From positions 8,246,001 through 8,310,000 of the forward strand of contig NC_059427.1 in assembly GCF_021028975.2 (NCBI RefSeq): a DNA stretch of 64,000 nucleotides. The letters are read 5' to 3'. Shown here in pieces: positions 1 through 12,256 of the stretch. The notes under the pieces are model-generated. The model was not told the DNA's origin. It searched no databases and saw only the letters and a list, made by a program, of their open reading frames with translations. Source of the stretch: Sphaerodactylus townsendi (lineage: Eukaryota). Every line of letters begins with the position of its first letter. Within the stretch, counting starts at the first letter, position 1. The translations under genes and the position numbers were made by a program.

Positions 1-42
1 CAAATCCTGCGCCTACCCCCAGACGCCCTTTAGCACGGTTTC

Positions 43-92
43 GATCTGTAGGGATCTGTAAAGATCTGTAGGGATCTGTAGGGATCCGCAGG
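43..92. repeat. 10-bp tandem repeat (GATCTGTAGG), ~5 units
   Basis: gatctgtagg gatctgtaaa gatctgtagg gatctgtagg gatccgcagg read directly. Confidence 0.85.
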
Positions 93-567
93 GGGAACTG
101 TGCTCGGACTGGAGGGAAACCCAAACCCGCTCCTGATCCTTGCTGGAAATCCAGTTCCAGGGGCCGGATCCAGAGCTGGAAAACCTCCCAGGGAGGGACC
201 AGAGAAGGGACCAGCCTGACCTCCTTCCCGGCCCTGCTCGGGGAATCCCCGCGCAGCCCTGCCCGCTCTCTCCCCCTCCCCCCCCCCCCGCTCTTTACCC
301 TTCCAGGAATCCCCCTGGTTCGATCCAGTCTGAGCCCTCCAGCTCTCCCGAAGCAAATCCGGATTCCAAAAGGAGGAAGCTGGAGGACCTGAGTGTTTCT
401 CCCCTCCCTGTACATCCAGGCCAGGAAACACCGCTCTGTTGCTTTAACCCTTTCCATTGCTCGCAGGAAGAAAAACAACAACAATAACCCTCGTTTTAAC
501 GAATAAGGCTCTTATTTATAAGCGAGCCATCCCGCTCGCCAAAACCCAAACAGACTGTCATTGCATG

Positions 568-1135
568 TGTAACCTCAGCTTGTGGGTTCTGTGGGGCAGT
601 ACTTGGAATGAGTTGCAACAACAATTTTTAAACAACAAAATGGTTTACTTTTCTTTACAATTAACACTTTTAAAACATCAACATTTAACGTTACAATTCA
701 AGGTCCTGTTCAGGTTGCATTTCAAGTCCTTCTATTTACAGTCTACTGATATTAAGCCAAGTCCAAATCTTCTTCGCCAAGTTGGCTGCAGCTCCTGAAG
801 ACTCCAAGGGCTTGATGAACAGGATTTGCAACATGAGTGAAGGTCTTCCAGGAGAACTCTCTACCCATTACAAACTACAAAAGAAACTCCTGAAGGCTCA
901 ATAAACTCCAACATTTACAACACAGCAAAACAACAACTACCTTCCCAGTAGTTCCCAACAATATTGAAATTTCATTCTAACAAGGGTGTTGGGGCTTTAT
1001 AGAAATCAAGGTCCGAGTCTGGTAGCCTTGCTTCTTCTGCAAAAGAGCTCTTGCAGCCTCTCTGCTGCTCCGAGTCTCCACCCCTTACTGGGTCAACCCA
1101 TTCTGGGCCAACCCATTCTGGGCATGGGGGTTACA
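568..1135. mobile_element. Solo LTR (Gypsy/ERV-type), 568 bp
   Basis: Termini TGTAACC...GGTTACA (7-bp inverted repeat, TG..CA); 4-bp TSD CATG at 564-567 and 1136-1139. Confidence 0.8.
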
Positions 1136-1234
1136 CATGCGCTTGAGTGATGTGCTCCATTTACTTCTCGCCTTTCTCCTCGGTGCGGAACCGAAGTCCC
1201 AGCATTCTTCTCACTATCCTAACCTTCTGTTTAC

Positions 1235-1765
1235 CCTCACAACAGCCCTGTGAGGTAGATGAGTGATGGGATTTGGCAAGTGCCAGTCACACAATCCAGT
1301 AATGACGGAGTTAATTGTTGCATGCTAATTAGTTAGTGAGGTCAGAAGTCAGTGACCAGGTAATTGATACCTATTTGGTTGGGTGGGCTACATGCAGGTC
1401 TGCAGGTAGGCTTTAGATGTATCTGCTTTGTGTTGCACTCTGCACATGGTCAGTTCAGTCAGTCCATAGCTTAGTAGCCATGTAATAGTCTAAGCAAGCT
1501 GGCTGTTGGTGCTAGCTAGTGAGAAAGATGTTTATTGTTTTTCTTCCAAGTTCCCCTTCCCTGTAGTAAGTAAAGTTTATTGCAGTAAAGCAACTGGTTT
1601 CTGCCTCATTATTGCATTAACTCTGCTAATTAAGTATTTGTCCACACGGCAATGAGGCAGAGTGTGTGACTGGCCCAAGGTCACGAAGTAAATTTCCATG
1701 GCAGAATACGGATTTAAACCTGGGTCTGTCAGATCTTGGTCGGGAACTCTAACCACTACACCACA
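1235..1765 (-). mobile_element. tRNA-derived squamate SINE (Squam3/MIR-like), split by the LTR
   Basis: Antisense SINE body ending ...ctctaaccactacaccacac (reverse complement of an A-box-like head). Confidence 0.6.
1264..1651. mobile_element. Solo LTR, 388 bp, inserted into a SINE
   Basis: TG...CA ends; 5-bp TSD ATGAG (1259-1263, 1652-1656); removing it rejoins the SINE halves cctcacaacagccctgtgaggtag / gcagagtgtgtgactggcccaaggtcac. Confidence 0.7.
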
Positions 1766-2612
1766 CAGGGGACGTTCCTAAAATCTAGCGCACACACCCC
1801 TGCTGTCTTATCTGCTTTTTTCTCAGCTTTTCATGTTTCCACTGCAAATACTGAAACTCATCTGACCCAGGACGTTCAGATTCTGTTTGTTTTTGTCCCC
1901 GCAAATCTCACCATCGTCATGAAACTGGTGGCCAGTTCTAAGACACACTTTATTTAATGATCAGTCCTGAATGCGACAAAATGACAGTCTTGTCTTCCAA
2001 TACAAATATCACGGGCTTTGGACACTGAATGCCATGTTTTAATTTTCTTCTGGCACTGCAACTCCCACTCTACTTTTGATGCCAGGAGCCAGTTTTGAGG
2101 CTCAGCTGTATTTGCGTATGAATTAATCCTGCTGCAGTCAATTGTGGAAATGGGTTGAGGGGATAGGAGATAACCTGTCCAAGGATGCTCCTGTTCCCTA
2201 CATTTGGGACACAGCAACTCCCATTATGATCCTGCTGGTGGCCAGTTTTGAGATTTCTACCTTTATTTTTGGATGAGTTCTATCTGCTACAGGTGGGTGG
2301 ATAGGCAGATCTTTTCATTATTATAGACTGGCAGTGTGTCTCCTCACCTCACTGCTGATATTCAATGGTGGTGTGAATAGTGAATGAGCAGCTCTGCCTG
2401 GAGTTGCCATCCTCCAGGTGGGGCCTGGATATCTCCTAGAATTGCAAGAGATCTCTATACTACACAAATCAGTCCCGTGGGAGAAAATGGTTGTTTTAGA
2501 GGGCGGACTCTATGGTATAATTCCCCACTGAAGTCTCTTTCCTCCCCAGGTCCTATCCTCTGTAGGTTCCACCCTCAACTCTCTTGAGAAATTTCCCAGC
2601 CTGAAGTTGACA

Positions 2613-2923
2613 GAGAGCAGCAGTGGCGTAGGAGGTTAAGAGCTCATGTATCTAATCTGGAGGAACCGGGTTTGATTCCCAGCTCTGCCACAGGCTGTGG
2701 AGGGCTTATCACAGAATTCAGATTAGCCTGTGCACTCCCACACACGCCAGCTGGGTGACCTTGGGCTAGTCACAGCTTCTCGGAGCTCTCTCAGCCCCAC
2801 CTACCTCACAGGGTGTTTGTTGTGAGTGGGGAAGGGAAAGGAGATTGTAAGCCCCTTTGAGTCTCCTGCAGGAGAGAAAGGGCCGGGGGATATAAATCCA
2901 AACTCTTCTTCCTCTTCTTCTTC
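2613..2923 (+). mobile_element. Full-length Squam3-like tRNA SINE (many more copies, e.g. ~4275-4510, 6925-7115, 24680-24915, 36600-36825, 44175-44500)
   Basis: Head gagagcagcagtggcgtaggaggttaagagc with B-box-like ggtttgattccc; body ccttgggctagtcacagc...cctacctcacagggtg; (TTC)n tail. Confidence 0.75.
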
Positions 2924-3165
2924 CTAGTTCTGCATGAACAGTGTTAAAGAACACCCCACACACATTTTTGTCACTGTGGTGATCCAAAGTGGTTATATTG
3001 TTCTTTTCTCCATTTCATCCTCACAACAACCCTGTGAGGGTAGTCTAGGCTGAGGATGTGTGCCTGGGCAAGGTCAGCCACCATCTTTCAAAGGCAAAGT
3101 GGAGATTTGAATCCCAACGTCCCAATGGCAATAGGCTAGAGAACTTTTAAAAGCGGATTAGACAG

Positions 3166-3320
3166 TAGGGTTGCCAACCTCTAGGTGAGGCCTGGAGATC
3201 CCCCAAGATTACAACTGATCTCCAGATGACACAGATCAGTTCCCCTGGAGAAAATAGGTTCTTTGGTGGGTTGACCGTATAAAATTATGCCACGCTCTGG
3301 TCTCATCCCTTCCCAAATCC
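3166..3320 (+). mobile_element. Old abundant non-autonomous DNA transposon with TAGGGTTGCCA end (other copies ~2400-2610, 13264-13470, 29851-30050, 30690-30870, 32670-32860, 62210-62520)
   Basis: Recurrent tagggttgccaacctc...ggagatc...actgatctccag...cccctggagaaaatgg motif; the terminus resembles hAT TIRs. Confidence 0.55.
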
Positions 3321-3775
3321 TACTTAGCTCTGCTCCCTGACAAAAAGAGGTGCAGCAATAATGTATGGAGTAATTGCCTCTGAAAGCATCCTTTCCTATC
3401 AAAATATCAGCCAGGAATCCACAAGCCTTTTAAACCTGTGAGCACCTTTGGAATTCTGACACAAAATGGCTGCTGCAGGAAATGCAGTCAACCACAAAAC
3501 GGCCAGTGGCCACCCCTGGAGTAAAGCCACATGCGCACAGGAAGTCTAATTGCAAGGCAAGAAGAAGGATAATTTTAAAATACATATAATGAGAAAGAGG
3601 AATGAGAGAATAAAACCAGACTGGTGAGGGAGCTGCTGCTGAAAATTTTTAAAATCTGTCCAGCCAGTCAGATCTCCAATGGTCAATCAGAAAGTCTCCT
3701 CTGCAAGAGCCCCACTGGCCAAAAAGTGAAAGCAGGTGCCATGGTTACCACAGGTACCATGTTGGGGACCTCTGC

Positions 3776-4035
3776 TTGATTCTGGATTTCTGGCACAGTC
3801 ATTGTAGAGGGCCAGAATTCAGCATCACTCCCAGGCAGTATGGGATAGAGGCTTTTCCTTGCTCTCTGGATCCTTCTGGTTTCTGCTCTTCCATCTCCTT
3901 CTCATAGTCTCTGACTGTGGAAAGATGTCCTTTGCTATGAAGAGGGAAAAGTTTTAAAAAGTTAGAAACAAACTGAACGAGAACAGAGTTACATCACCAA
4001 CCCTAGTCAAGAAACCCCTATGGATTGCCCTCTTG
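3776..4035 (-). pseudogene. Relic first coding exon of a SCAN-ZNF paralog (MEEQKPEG..., frameshifted)
   Basis: Aligns with 28230-28460 (ctgctcttccatctcct; gactgtg; tacatcaccaaccc; ggattgc); ATG at 3894; further paralogous patches at 4533-4560 and 4962-4992. Confidence 0.55.
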
Positions 4036-4221
4036 CAGTGGTTCTCAACCTTCCTAATGCCACGACCCTTTAATACAGTTCCTCATGTTGTGGTGACCCC
4101 CAACCCTAACATTTATTCATTTTACAGATGGAGAACACTGATGCAGAGACTCTGAGGCGACCCCTGTGGAAGGGTCGTTCGACCCCCAAAGGGGTCGCGA
4201 CCCACAGGTTGAGAACCACTG
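4036..4221 (+). mobile_element. SPIN/URR1-type hAT MITE
   Basis: 16-bp TIR CAGTGGTTCTCAACCT...AGGTTGAGAACCACTG; internal tcctaatgccacgaccctttaatacagttcctcatgttgtggtgacccccaacc typical of SPIN non-autonomous elements; TSD degraded. Confidence 0.85.
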
Positions 4222-7200
4222 CCCTAGCGGATCAGAAGGAGCATCCTTGTAGTTGGTGCATCAGGATTAATGTGCTACAGTGGTCAAGAGCAGTGGACTC
4301 TAATCTGGTGAACTGGGTTTGTTTCCCCGCTTCTACATATGAAGCCTGCTGGGTGACCTTCAGCTAGTCACAGTTCTCTCAGAACTCTCTCAGCCCCACC
4401 TACCACACAAGGTGTCTGTTATGGAGAGAGGAAGGGAAGGAGTTTCTAAGCTGCTTTGAGACTCCTTACAGGAGGGAAAAGTGAGGTATAAATTCAAACT
4501 ATTCTTCTTCTATATTATGTATCAAATTTGTAAAGATATGCCTGCTTGGTCCTTCAGGTAAGCAAAAATAGCTCTGTACAACCAGCCAGTAGTGGGGAAA
4601 GGGAGAAGGGTATCAGACCTCTCTAGGTCAGGGCATTGAGGCCAGTGGGATGAACTGGAGAGTGGAAGGGGAGTGAATCCCAAGGGAACCGTATGTGTGC
4701 GTGTGGGGGGGGGGGGGAAGGTGGAGAGAAGCACCAATCAAAATCCTTGGCATGTGGGCAGCTGATAGGCAAGAATGACTCCTCCCATGTGATCACACCT
4801 TTCTGGACTTTCCTATGACCACCATTGGTGAGAATTTTTATATATAAAGTTCAGAACCCGAAGGTCTGCCAAAGCATCTAACAAATTGAAAGACACATAA
4901 AAATATAACCCTTTAAAACTAGTTAAAACCAACACACGCACGCACCCCCCACACACACATGATAGCAGCACTACCGTCTTCCAAGATCTAAAGTTATCCT
5001 CCAATGACTTACTTGTCAGTAAATATTTCCTGGATCTGGCTGCACATCCCTTATCATTTTAGACTTGCAGACAGTTTTAGGCAGGACTTATTTTGGGTTG
5101 GTCCTCAGGTGTACTGAGTACCAGCACCTTTTGGAGGGTGCTCTACCAAGCCCTGAGGGGAACTGGTAGAAAACACTGCAGCTTTATATATGAGTGTGGA
5201 CACTTGTTCCTTAACAATAAGAAACATGGTCAAAAGGGTCCCCTTTATGCCTGGGGCCCAGTTTTGAGTAGTTTTGGTTGAAGGAAACGCCAACTGTTCA
5301 GGGCCAGGTCAGGATCAAGCAGAGCACTTTTCCATGGACTTATAGTGGGCTGCCAAAGGGGCAGCTTGGAAGACGCTTTTCTGTGTGAATCTAGCTCTCT
5401 CGGCTGTGTGAATCTAGCTCTCTCACCATCTAGTGTGAATTTCTTGCTCTCTCGGCTTTCTGTGGCATCATGCCGTTCAGCCCGAGCCAGGACTGCGTCT
5501 GTACCACTGGGCTTGATTGCCAGTCGACTATTACAATTCCTCCACAGTCAATAATATATTTTCACTCAAGCAATCCAAATGAAGTAGAGATTGGTACTTC
5601 TTTGTTATTCCTATTAAATTCTATGCATTCCACAGTTTTCTCCCATGCTCTTTCAGGCTCAAAAAGCTTCTCTTCATTGTTCAATAGTGTTCATTGTCAA
5701 ATGTTGTAAAAGTGTAAAATTAAAGACAGTTATCAAGACAAACATATCTTCTGCCATTAGATGGCACTGCAGGATTACTTTTTAAAGAAAGCTGCCTAAT
5801 GCGTATTCCATTGGGCAAAAGGGTCCACATCCACACGATTTCCTCCTGGAATTGGCCATCTTCTGTGATTTCTAAATTCAAAATCTTTGGGGAAAGCACA
5901 TTCTTTTCACTTTGTGGACAAGAAGATGCGGTTTTTCAGGTCCTGCCCACGCTGGGGCTGCGTTCCTTGCTGCCCCTCTCTACACTAAAGCTTTTTAAAA
6001 CCAGCAGTCGTTGAAATGGTCTATTACTTTAGAGTTGACTTCATAAAACTGTCCCGGAACTTAAGCTGCTACATCTCACTGTCCACTTCTCTCTCTCCCC
6101 CAGCTCCTTGGAAGAAGGGCAGGGTTTTGAAAAAACTACAGAATAACACAAAAAGATTTTTTAAAAGTTATATTCAAAGCCACAACATTTCCCTTGTGGT
6201 GCTATGGGAAGACAGGGGGCAGGGGCTGTGAGGAGAAACTACTCTCCAATTTACTGCCAGACACTCCTATGAGGAGGATTCACCAGTGGACAGTTCCTTG
6301 AGGCAAATGTCTCATCAAGGACTGTCAGCTTGGGACGTGGCAGTTTTGCCTTCCAAGGAGTTTGCTGAGCAGCAAGCACACACTTTCTCCTCAATTGTAT
6401 TTTGTGGGAAAGTTCCTCTGCCCCAGTTGGTTGCCTCTTGCTTGCAACATCTCTGGCCAGCAGAATCCCTTGAAGAACTGCAGCTCTTCACCTCTCTGCT
6501 TTAAGGTTCCCTTGCGCAAATCCCCCCTTCAAGCCCCAACCAAAAATCCCTTCAAGCTACAGTAAAAAAGGCTTACTTTATAGCACCAGTGAAGTCCTGA
6601 AAGGAAAAACAACAACGCAGAAATCAATGCTGGTGTCAAGTTATCAGCTTAACAGTATTATTCTGAAATGCAATGCAAGGAAAATTACTGAGGGGTTGTT
6701 TAGAGACTACAGTGCATTATGACAGCATATGTAAGAAAGACCTATGACAATGTCAAAAATATTATACACCTTGATCGGAGGTCCCCGTTATTCAGTCTGT
6801 TAAGTCTATAGGTAAATCCAGCACTAGTCCCATCCTTCAATAATGTTGCAATGAATTCCATCTTCCTGAAGGAGGAAGCATGCTCAGGCCTCACAACTTG
6901 TGTGCTTTTGTGGGAAGGGGTGGGAAGAAAAGTTGGTTTTTACACCTAGCTGTTGTCTCCTGAATAGCTTACAATCAGCTTCCCCTCCCCAAAACAGACA
7001 CCTTGTGAGGTAGGTGGGACTGAGAGAGTTCTGAAAGAACTGTGACCAGCCCAAGGTCATCCAGCAGGCTTCATCTGGAGGAACTGGGAAACAAATATAA
7101 TTCACCAGATAAGAGGAGCAGCAAGCCAGCAAAAGACACCAGAAGGTGGGAGGCAGCAGCCTGAGTCTCAACATGCAGTTGGTAAGGGGGACAGGTTGGG

Positions 7201-7841
7201 CAGCCAGCAACACAGGTTGGGCAGTGGCCATCAAAGGCAACAGAGATGAGGAAGACTCAACCAATGAGAACACAGTGCTTGGCCTGTCATTGTCTATGTG
7301 GAAGGGTGGGGAAGGACACAGGCCCATGGAGGTTGAGTTTACAGCCCTTTAGAGAGAGGGGCTGGGAACCTCATCCATCAGCCCAATTGCTAGGGAGCCT
7401 GCCACTCCACTAGTTCCTGTGAAAAGGCAAATGGCAGGCCCAAGGGAGGGACCAGGGTCTTGAGAAACTACCTTCCCTCCCTCCACCCCACTTTTTTTTG
7501 GTTAAGGCTCTTCTAGATCAAGTCTTGCCAGAGGGCACAACAGTCCTGGACTCTGGTCAGACCTTGCTGAAGCCTGATACCCTTGCATAACTTTCTAAAT
7601 TTGCTATGTTCCCCTTAGCCATCTTTTTTTTCTAGGCTGAAATGTCCTACAGTTTCCAGCCTTTCTAATTAGCAAAAGTGCTACAACCCCTTAAACACTT
7701 TGCTTGCATTCTTCTATATCTTTCCCAGCTCAGCAATGATAATTTATTACATGCTTTTTGCATGTGGAGGAAAGCAGTAAACTTTCCAGAGAAGAAGGTA
7801 AAACAACAAAGTGTCTAGTCTAGTGGTATCTCAAACAGGGA

Positions 7842-8301
7842 AGGCGTTTCATACTGACCTGTTTATCGGCATCCTAGAACGGTAAGCCTTCCCAGAGGGC
7901 CATCGCTGGCTGCTGCACAAGCAGCAGCCGATCTGGCGTCGCTCCCCTCCCAGGCGTCAGGCGCCCTGGCAAAGGGTTGTTTTCCCATAACAGCGATGTT
8001 CCGGTAGCAGTTACCAAACAGCACCGCCCGAGAGTGCGCTGACCCTGTCCCCGCTCACCTGCCCGTGTCCCGATGCGATGCGGCCTGCTGGCGATGAAGC
8101 CCATGCGCTGTCCTCCGACCAGGGTGAGGAGGGACAAGCGGCAAACAACAGACCGGCAACAAATGGTGAAACGAAGAAAAAGCGACTCCATCACGAAGCC
8201 GCCTGCCGTCTGCCAGCCTCTCCGGGAGGGCTGCGCGCCTTGCTTAGATGTGACGACCTCCGCCTCCGCGGCAGAATTCTTGCCGCGGTGGTGAAACAGC
8301 C
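7842..8301. mobile_element. Diverged copy of the CpG-rich TIR element at 12257-12822
   Basis: Shared blocks in the same order (aagcagcagc, gcgtcgctcccc, ggttgttttcc, caccgcccg, cgctgtcctcc, ggtgaggaggg, gaattct, gcggtgg); degenerate TIRs aggcgtttc / gaaacagcc. Confidence 0.6.
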
Positions 8302-9746
8302 ATAGGATGGAGCCAACTACATAAGCAGCAATGGGAATAACCCTGGAAGTCCCTTCCAACTCTAGGAATGCTCTAAAGCAGGGATTCCCAGTCTTTTTGT
8401 GTCTGCGGGCACATTTGACTACAGCCAAAAAGACTTACTTTATAGTACCATGAAATATGCGGGGTTCTAGGTGTTTGCTCCTTAACCAGCAAAACAAGCA
8501 GGGAACATTTCTGAGTTAATTATTTTATTTAAAATAAGAAACTGCTCATATTATTAGGCAAGAACCTGAATGGTGTACACAAGTGCTAACTGATCCTATT
8601 TTCACAGGAAAAAGCATGCAATAAAAATTAGCACTAGTGTAAACTTTCAAATGATGTGATGGTCTCTATATCACTGTCCTTTGCATACTTGGGGAAATGC
8701 AGGACTTTACCTGTTAGACTCCCCTCCCTCCAGCTGAGGCAGTTGATTTTAACCTTAGCAAGCTCCAGCGAGTAATAGGATATTACATTCTTTTTCCTCT
8801 CTCACAACTGGCAGGTAAAAATGTGTTCTTCATGCTCTTTCCCCTTTCCTTTCACTTTCCCTCCTCTCTCCCCAACTGAGATGCAGGTGTGCATCCTAGA
8901 ATTGAACCACTATTGAATCACAGAGTGCTATAGCAGCAACCAGATTTGAATCTCTCTGTAGCAACTATGAAGTCTTCACCTAATTTATCATCCAACATTT
9001 CACAATCCCTAAATTAAACTAATTAAAAAGTAAAATAAATAGCATTGCACCAGACTAACTCCATATCTTGCACAGGGATGGGGGCCAGAGGGGATGGAGA
9101 GAGGCAGGGAGCCTTGGTCTGGGCTCAGATGCTGTGGCTGGTGTGATCCCTGATGGATCTGGGGACATGGAGCAACTGCTGGGCCCCAGGGCATAGTACC
9201 TGCACCCAGCACATTCCCATCCTGCTCTCTCATTCATGTGGGCAGCCATTGAGAGGGAGCAGGTGGAGACTCAGCAAAAGTGAATGTACATAGTATTCTA
9301 GGATCACCAGTGTTGGAGGAGCCCTCAGTTGCTACTAGCTATCTGGAGTGGTTGGTGGCTGTCACCATGGGTGGGCCAGGTCACACTGAGCAGCTTCTTG
9401 TGGACCTGTTAGTGGGAATACATGACCTCATACCAGGTCTCACCCCTGTTGCCCTCCTCCTGCTCCAACAGCAGTTGTGGATGGGGTCACCAGAGAATCC
9501 CCATGCCTATTCCTGAACTGCGGCTCTGGTTATGGGAGGCACCCCACAGTTAACTGCTAAGCACCTGTGATCAACCCTATGTCCCTTTTGATCTGAGCCA
9601 TTTCCATAATATTTTCTATTTGTTTGGTTTGATGCAATTTTTCTACATAACAAACATTTCAATCATTACTTTCCTGTATGTTCCTTGTTAGTAAATAACG
9701 TATGAACTTGGAAGTTTTCCCCACTATCTAGGTATTCCTATGGTTT

Positions 9747-11449
9747 CTACCCTGGGTGAATTCTTTGATGGGCAGTAAGGCTCCCTTTATAAGTGAAACT
9801 TTTTCCACACTCTAGGCATATATATGGTTTTTCCCCAGTGTGAATTATTTGATGCGAAGTAAGGGTTCCACTCTGACTGAAACTTTTCCCACACTCCAGA
9901 CATTTATAAGGTTTCTCCCCTGTGTGAATTCTCTGATGGCAAGTAAGGGTTCCACTATGAGTGAACCTTTTCCCACACTCTAGGCATTTATATCTTTTCT
10001 CCTTTGTGTGAATTCTTTGATGGCGAGTAAGGTGCCCTCTCTCACTAAAGCTTGTTCCACACTCCAGGCATTTATATGGTTTCTCCCCTGTGTGAATTCT
10101 TTGATGGCAAGTAAGGTGTCCTCTCCGACAGAAGCTTTTTCCACACTCCAGGCATTCATATGGTTTCTCCCCTGTGTGAGTTCTTTGATGGCATGTAAGG
10201 CTTCCGCTATGAGTGAATGTTTTCCCACAATCTAAGCAGTTATATCTTTTCTCCCTTGTGTGAATTCTTTGATGACGAGTAAGGTACCCTCTCTCACTAA
10301 AGCTTGCTCCACACTCCAGGCATTTATATGGTTTCTCCCCTGTGTGAATTCTTTGATGGCTAGTAAGGTGCCCACTCCGACGGAACCTTTTCCCACACTC
10401 CAGGCATTCGTATGGTTTCTCCACTGTGTGTGTTCTTTGATGGGAAGTAAGGTTTCCACTCCACCGGAAGCTTTTTCCACAGTCTAGGCATTTATATTTT
10501 TTCTCACCTGTGTGAATTTTTTGATGGATAGTAAGTTTTTCAGTTTCACTGAAGCAGGTTCCACACTCCAGACATTTATATGGTGTCTTCCCTGTGTGGA
10601 TACTCTGATGGGAAGCAAGCCTTCCACTAACTCTGAAGCTTTTGCCACACTCCAGGCATTTATATGGTTTCTCACCTGTATGAATTCTTTGATGGGAAGT
10701 AAGATATCCACTCCAACGGAAGCTTTTTCCACACTCCAGGCAGTCATATGGTTTCTCCCCTGTGTGAATTCTTAGATGGGAAATAAGGTATCCATTCTGA
10801 CTGAAGTTTTTTCCACATTCCAGGCATTTATATGGTTTCTCACCTGTGTGAGTTCTTTGATGGGAAGTAAGGTGCCCACTCCACCGGAAGCTTTTTCCAC
10901 ACTCCAGGCAGTCATATGGTTTCTCCCCTGTGTGGATTTTGTGATGGGAATAAAGACTTCCCTTCCGACTAAAGCTTTTTCCACACTCCAGGCATTTATA
11001 TGGCTTTTCACCTGTGTGAATTCTTTGATGGCAGGAAAGGTGTGCACTCTGACTGAAACTTTTCCCACATTCCAGGCATTTATATGGTTTCTCCTCTGTA
11101 TGAATTCTTTGATGGGAAGTAAGGTTATTTGTTTGCTCAAAAGTCTTCTCACGGTCTATCGTCTTTTTGTTACAGGTGTTCCAATGAATATTAATGTCTG
11201 ATTTTTCAGGGAATTTCTCCTCAGTTTTAATTTCATTTCTATTGGTTCCTTTGCATATTCGCTGAAGTATTGGAACATCATGAGAGACATCATCTTGTAA
11301 ACGACTGGAATTATTCCTTGGTGGGTCATTTCCCCCTGCCTTTCCCAGTGACTTACAATATTCAACATTCTCTTTTGCATCTGGATATGCATCTTCCTGT
11401 TTGGTCACTGGGTGCTCAGAAGTTTCATCTGCTGACTCCCACATACCTC
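9747..11449 (-). CDS. C2H2 zinc-finger gene 1, terminal exon with 16 intact Kruppel-type fingers
   Basis: 565-aa ORF with repeated CLECGKSF...[11 protein letters not shown]; acceptor ttctttcaacag| before 11449 (phase 1); in-frame ATG at 11444. Confidence 0.92.
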
Positions 11450-11697
11450 CTGTTGAAAGAAAGGGAAATCAGGCATGAACACAGTAGAGAACAACCCAGC
11501 ATAAAAACTATGGAATGAGCTAATTTAGGGAATGCTAGAATTCCAAGGTTTTCTTGCCTCCTCAGTGGACAGCCTAGACATCTTCAGCACCAGAACGAAA
11601 AGCAAGCAGTCCAATCTTCACAGTCTTGGAACAGAGAAGGAATCTTTCCTGCCTTCTGCTGCACATTTTCCCAGTGAACACTCCTCCCCCTCCATAC

Positions 11698-11788
11698 TTG
11701 AGCTGGGTGCATGATGATCTTTTCCCTTCACCACACAGAGAAGATGGCAGAAAAGGCATCAAGGATGGTTTTCTGCTGCTGCCACTGT
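11698..11788 (-). other. Probable linker-type exon of ZNF gene 1 (DSGSSRKPSLMPFLPSSLCGEGKRSSCTQL), frame-incompatible with the ZNF exon
   Basis: Pyrimidine tract plus cccag| acceptor and |gtatgg donor; resembles the pre-KRAB linker exon of gene 2 (LCGE); 91 bp, ending in phase 2. Confidence 0.4.
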
Positions 11789-12256
11789 CTGGGAGGGCAA
11801 GAAAGAAAGAGAATGGCAAGAAAGAGAAATCCTCCTCTGCTAACAGACAAATTTTATCTACCAGTCCCTTGAGAAAACCTCTCCCTGGATTGGGTTTGGG
11901 TCAGAACATGATCTAGGAAGGCTCGAGAGCATTTGGCCCCACATCTTTCCTCTCACCAAGCCATTCAGTCTAGGGGCAATCCCCTCCCCTTTGGGCCATG
12001 TTTCCTCTCAACCTCTGCAAATCCATTCCAGGGTGGTGAATCCTTGACCCTGCCTGAAGCCACCCCACTCCCTCATCCTTTCTAAGAGAAGTCAAGTTCT
12101 TTCAGCTGCTCCAGACAATGAGGAGAAAGTGCTGGGAACAAGGTGGCCAAGATCTGGAGGGATGGGATGGACTTGAGGTGGCAGTGGGAGACATCAGCTC
12201 TGAATGTCCCAATTGCGAAGTCAGCACTGCAGAGAACATTTCTATCCTCTGTCTCT

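Noticed and set aside
9980-11201. Many periodic short ORFs (NHINAWSVE..., antisense [10 protein letters not shown]...)
   Set aside because: Alternative-frame and antisense shadows of the zinc-finger array. The same applies at 19785-20405, 33095-33906 and 53757-53987.
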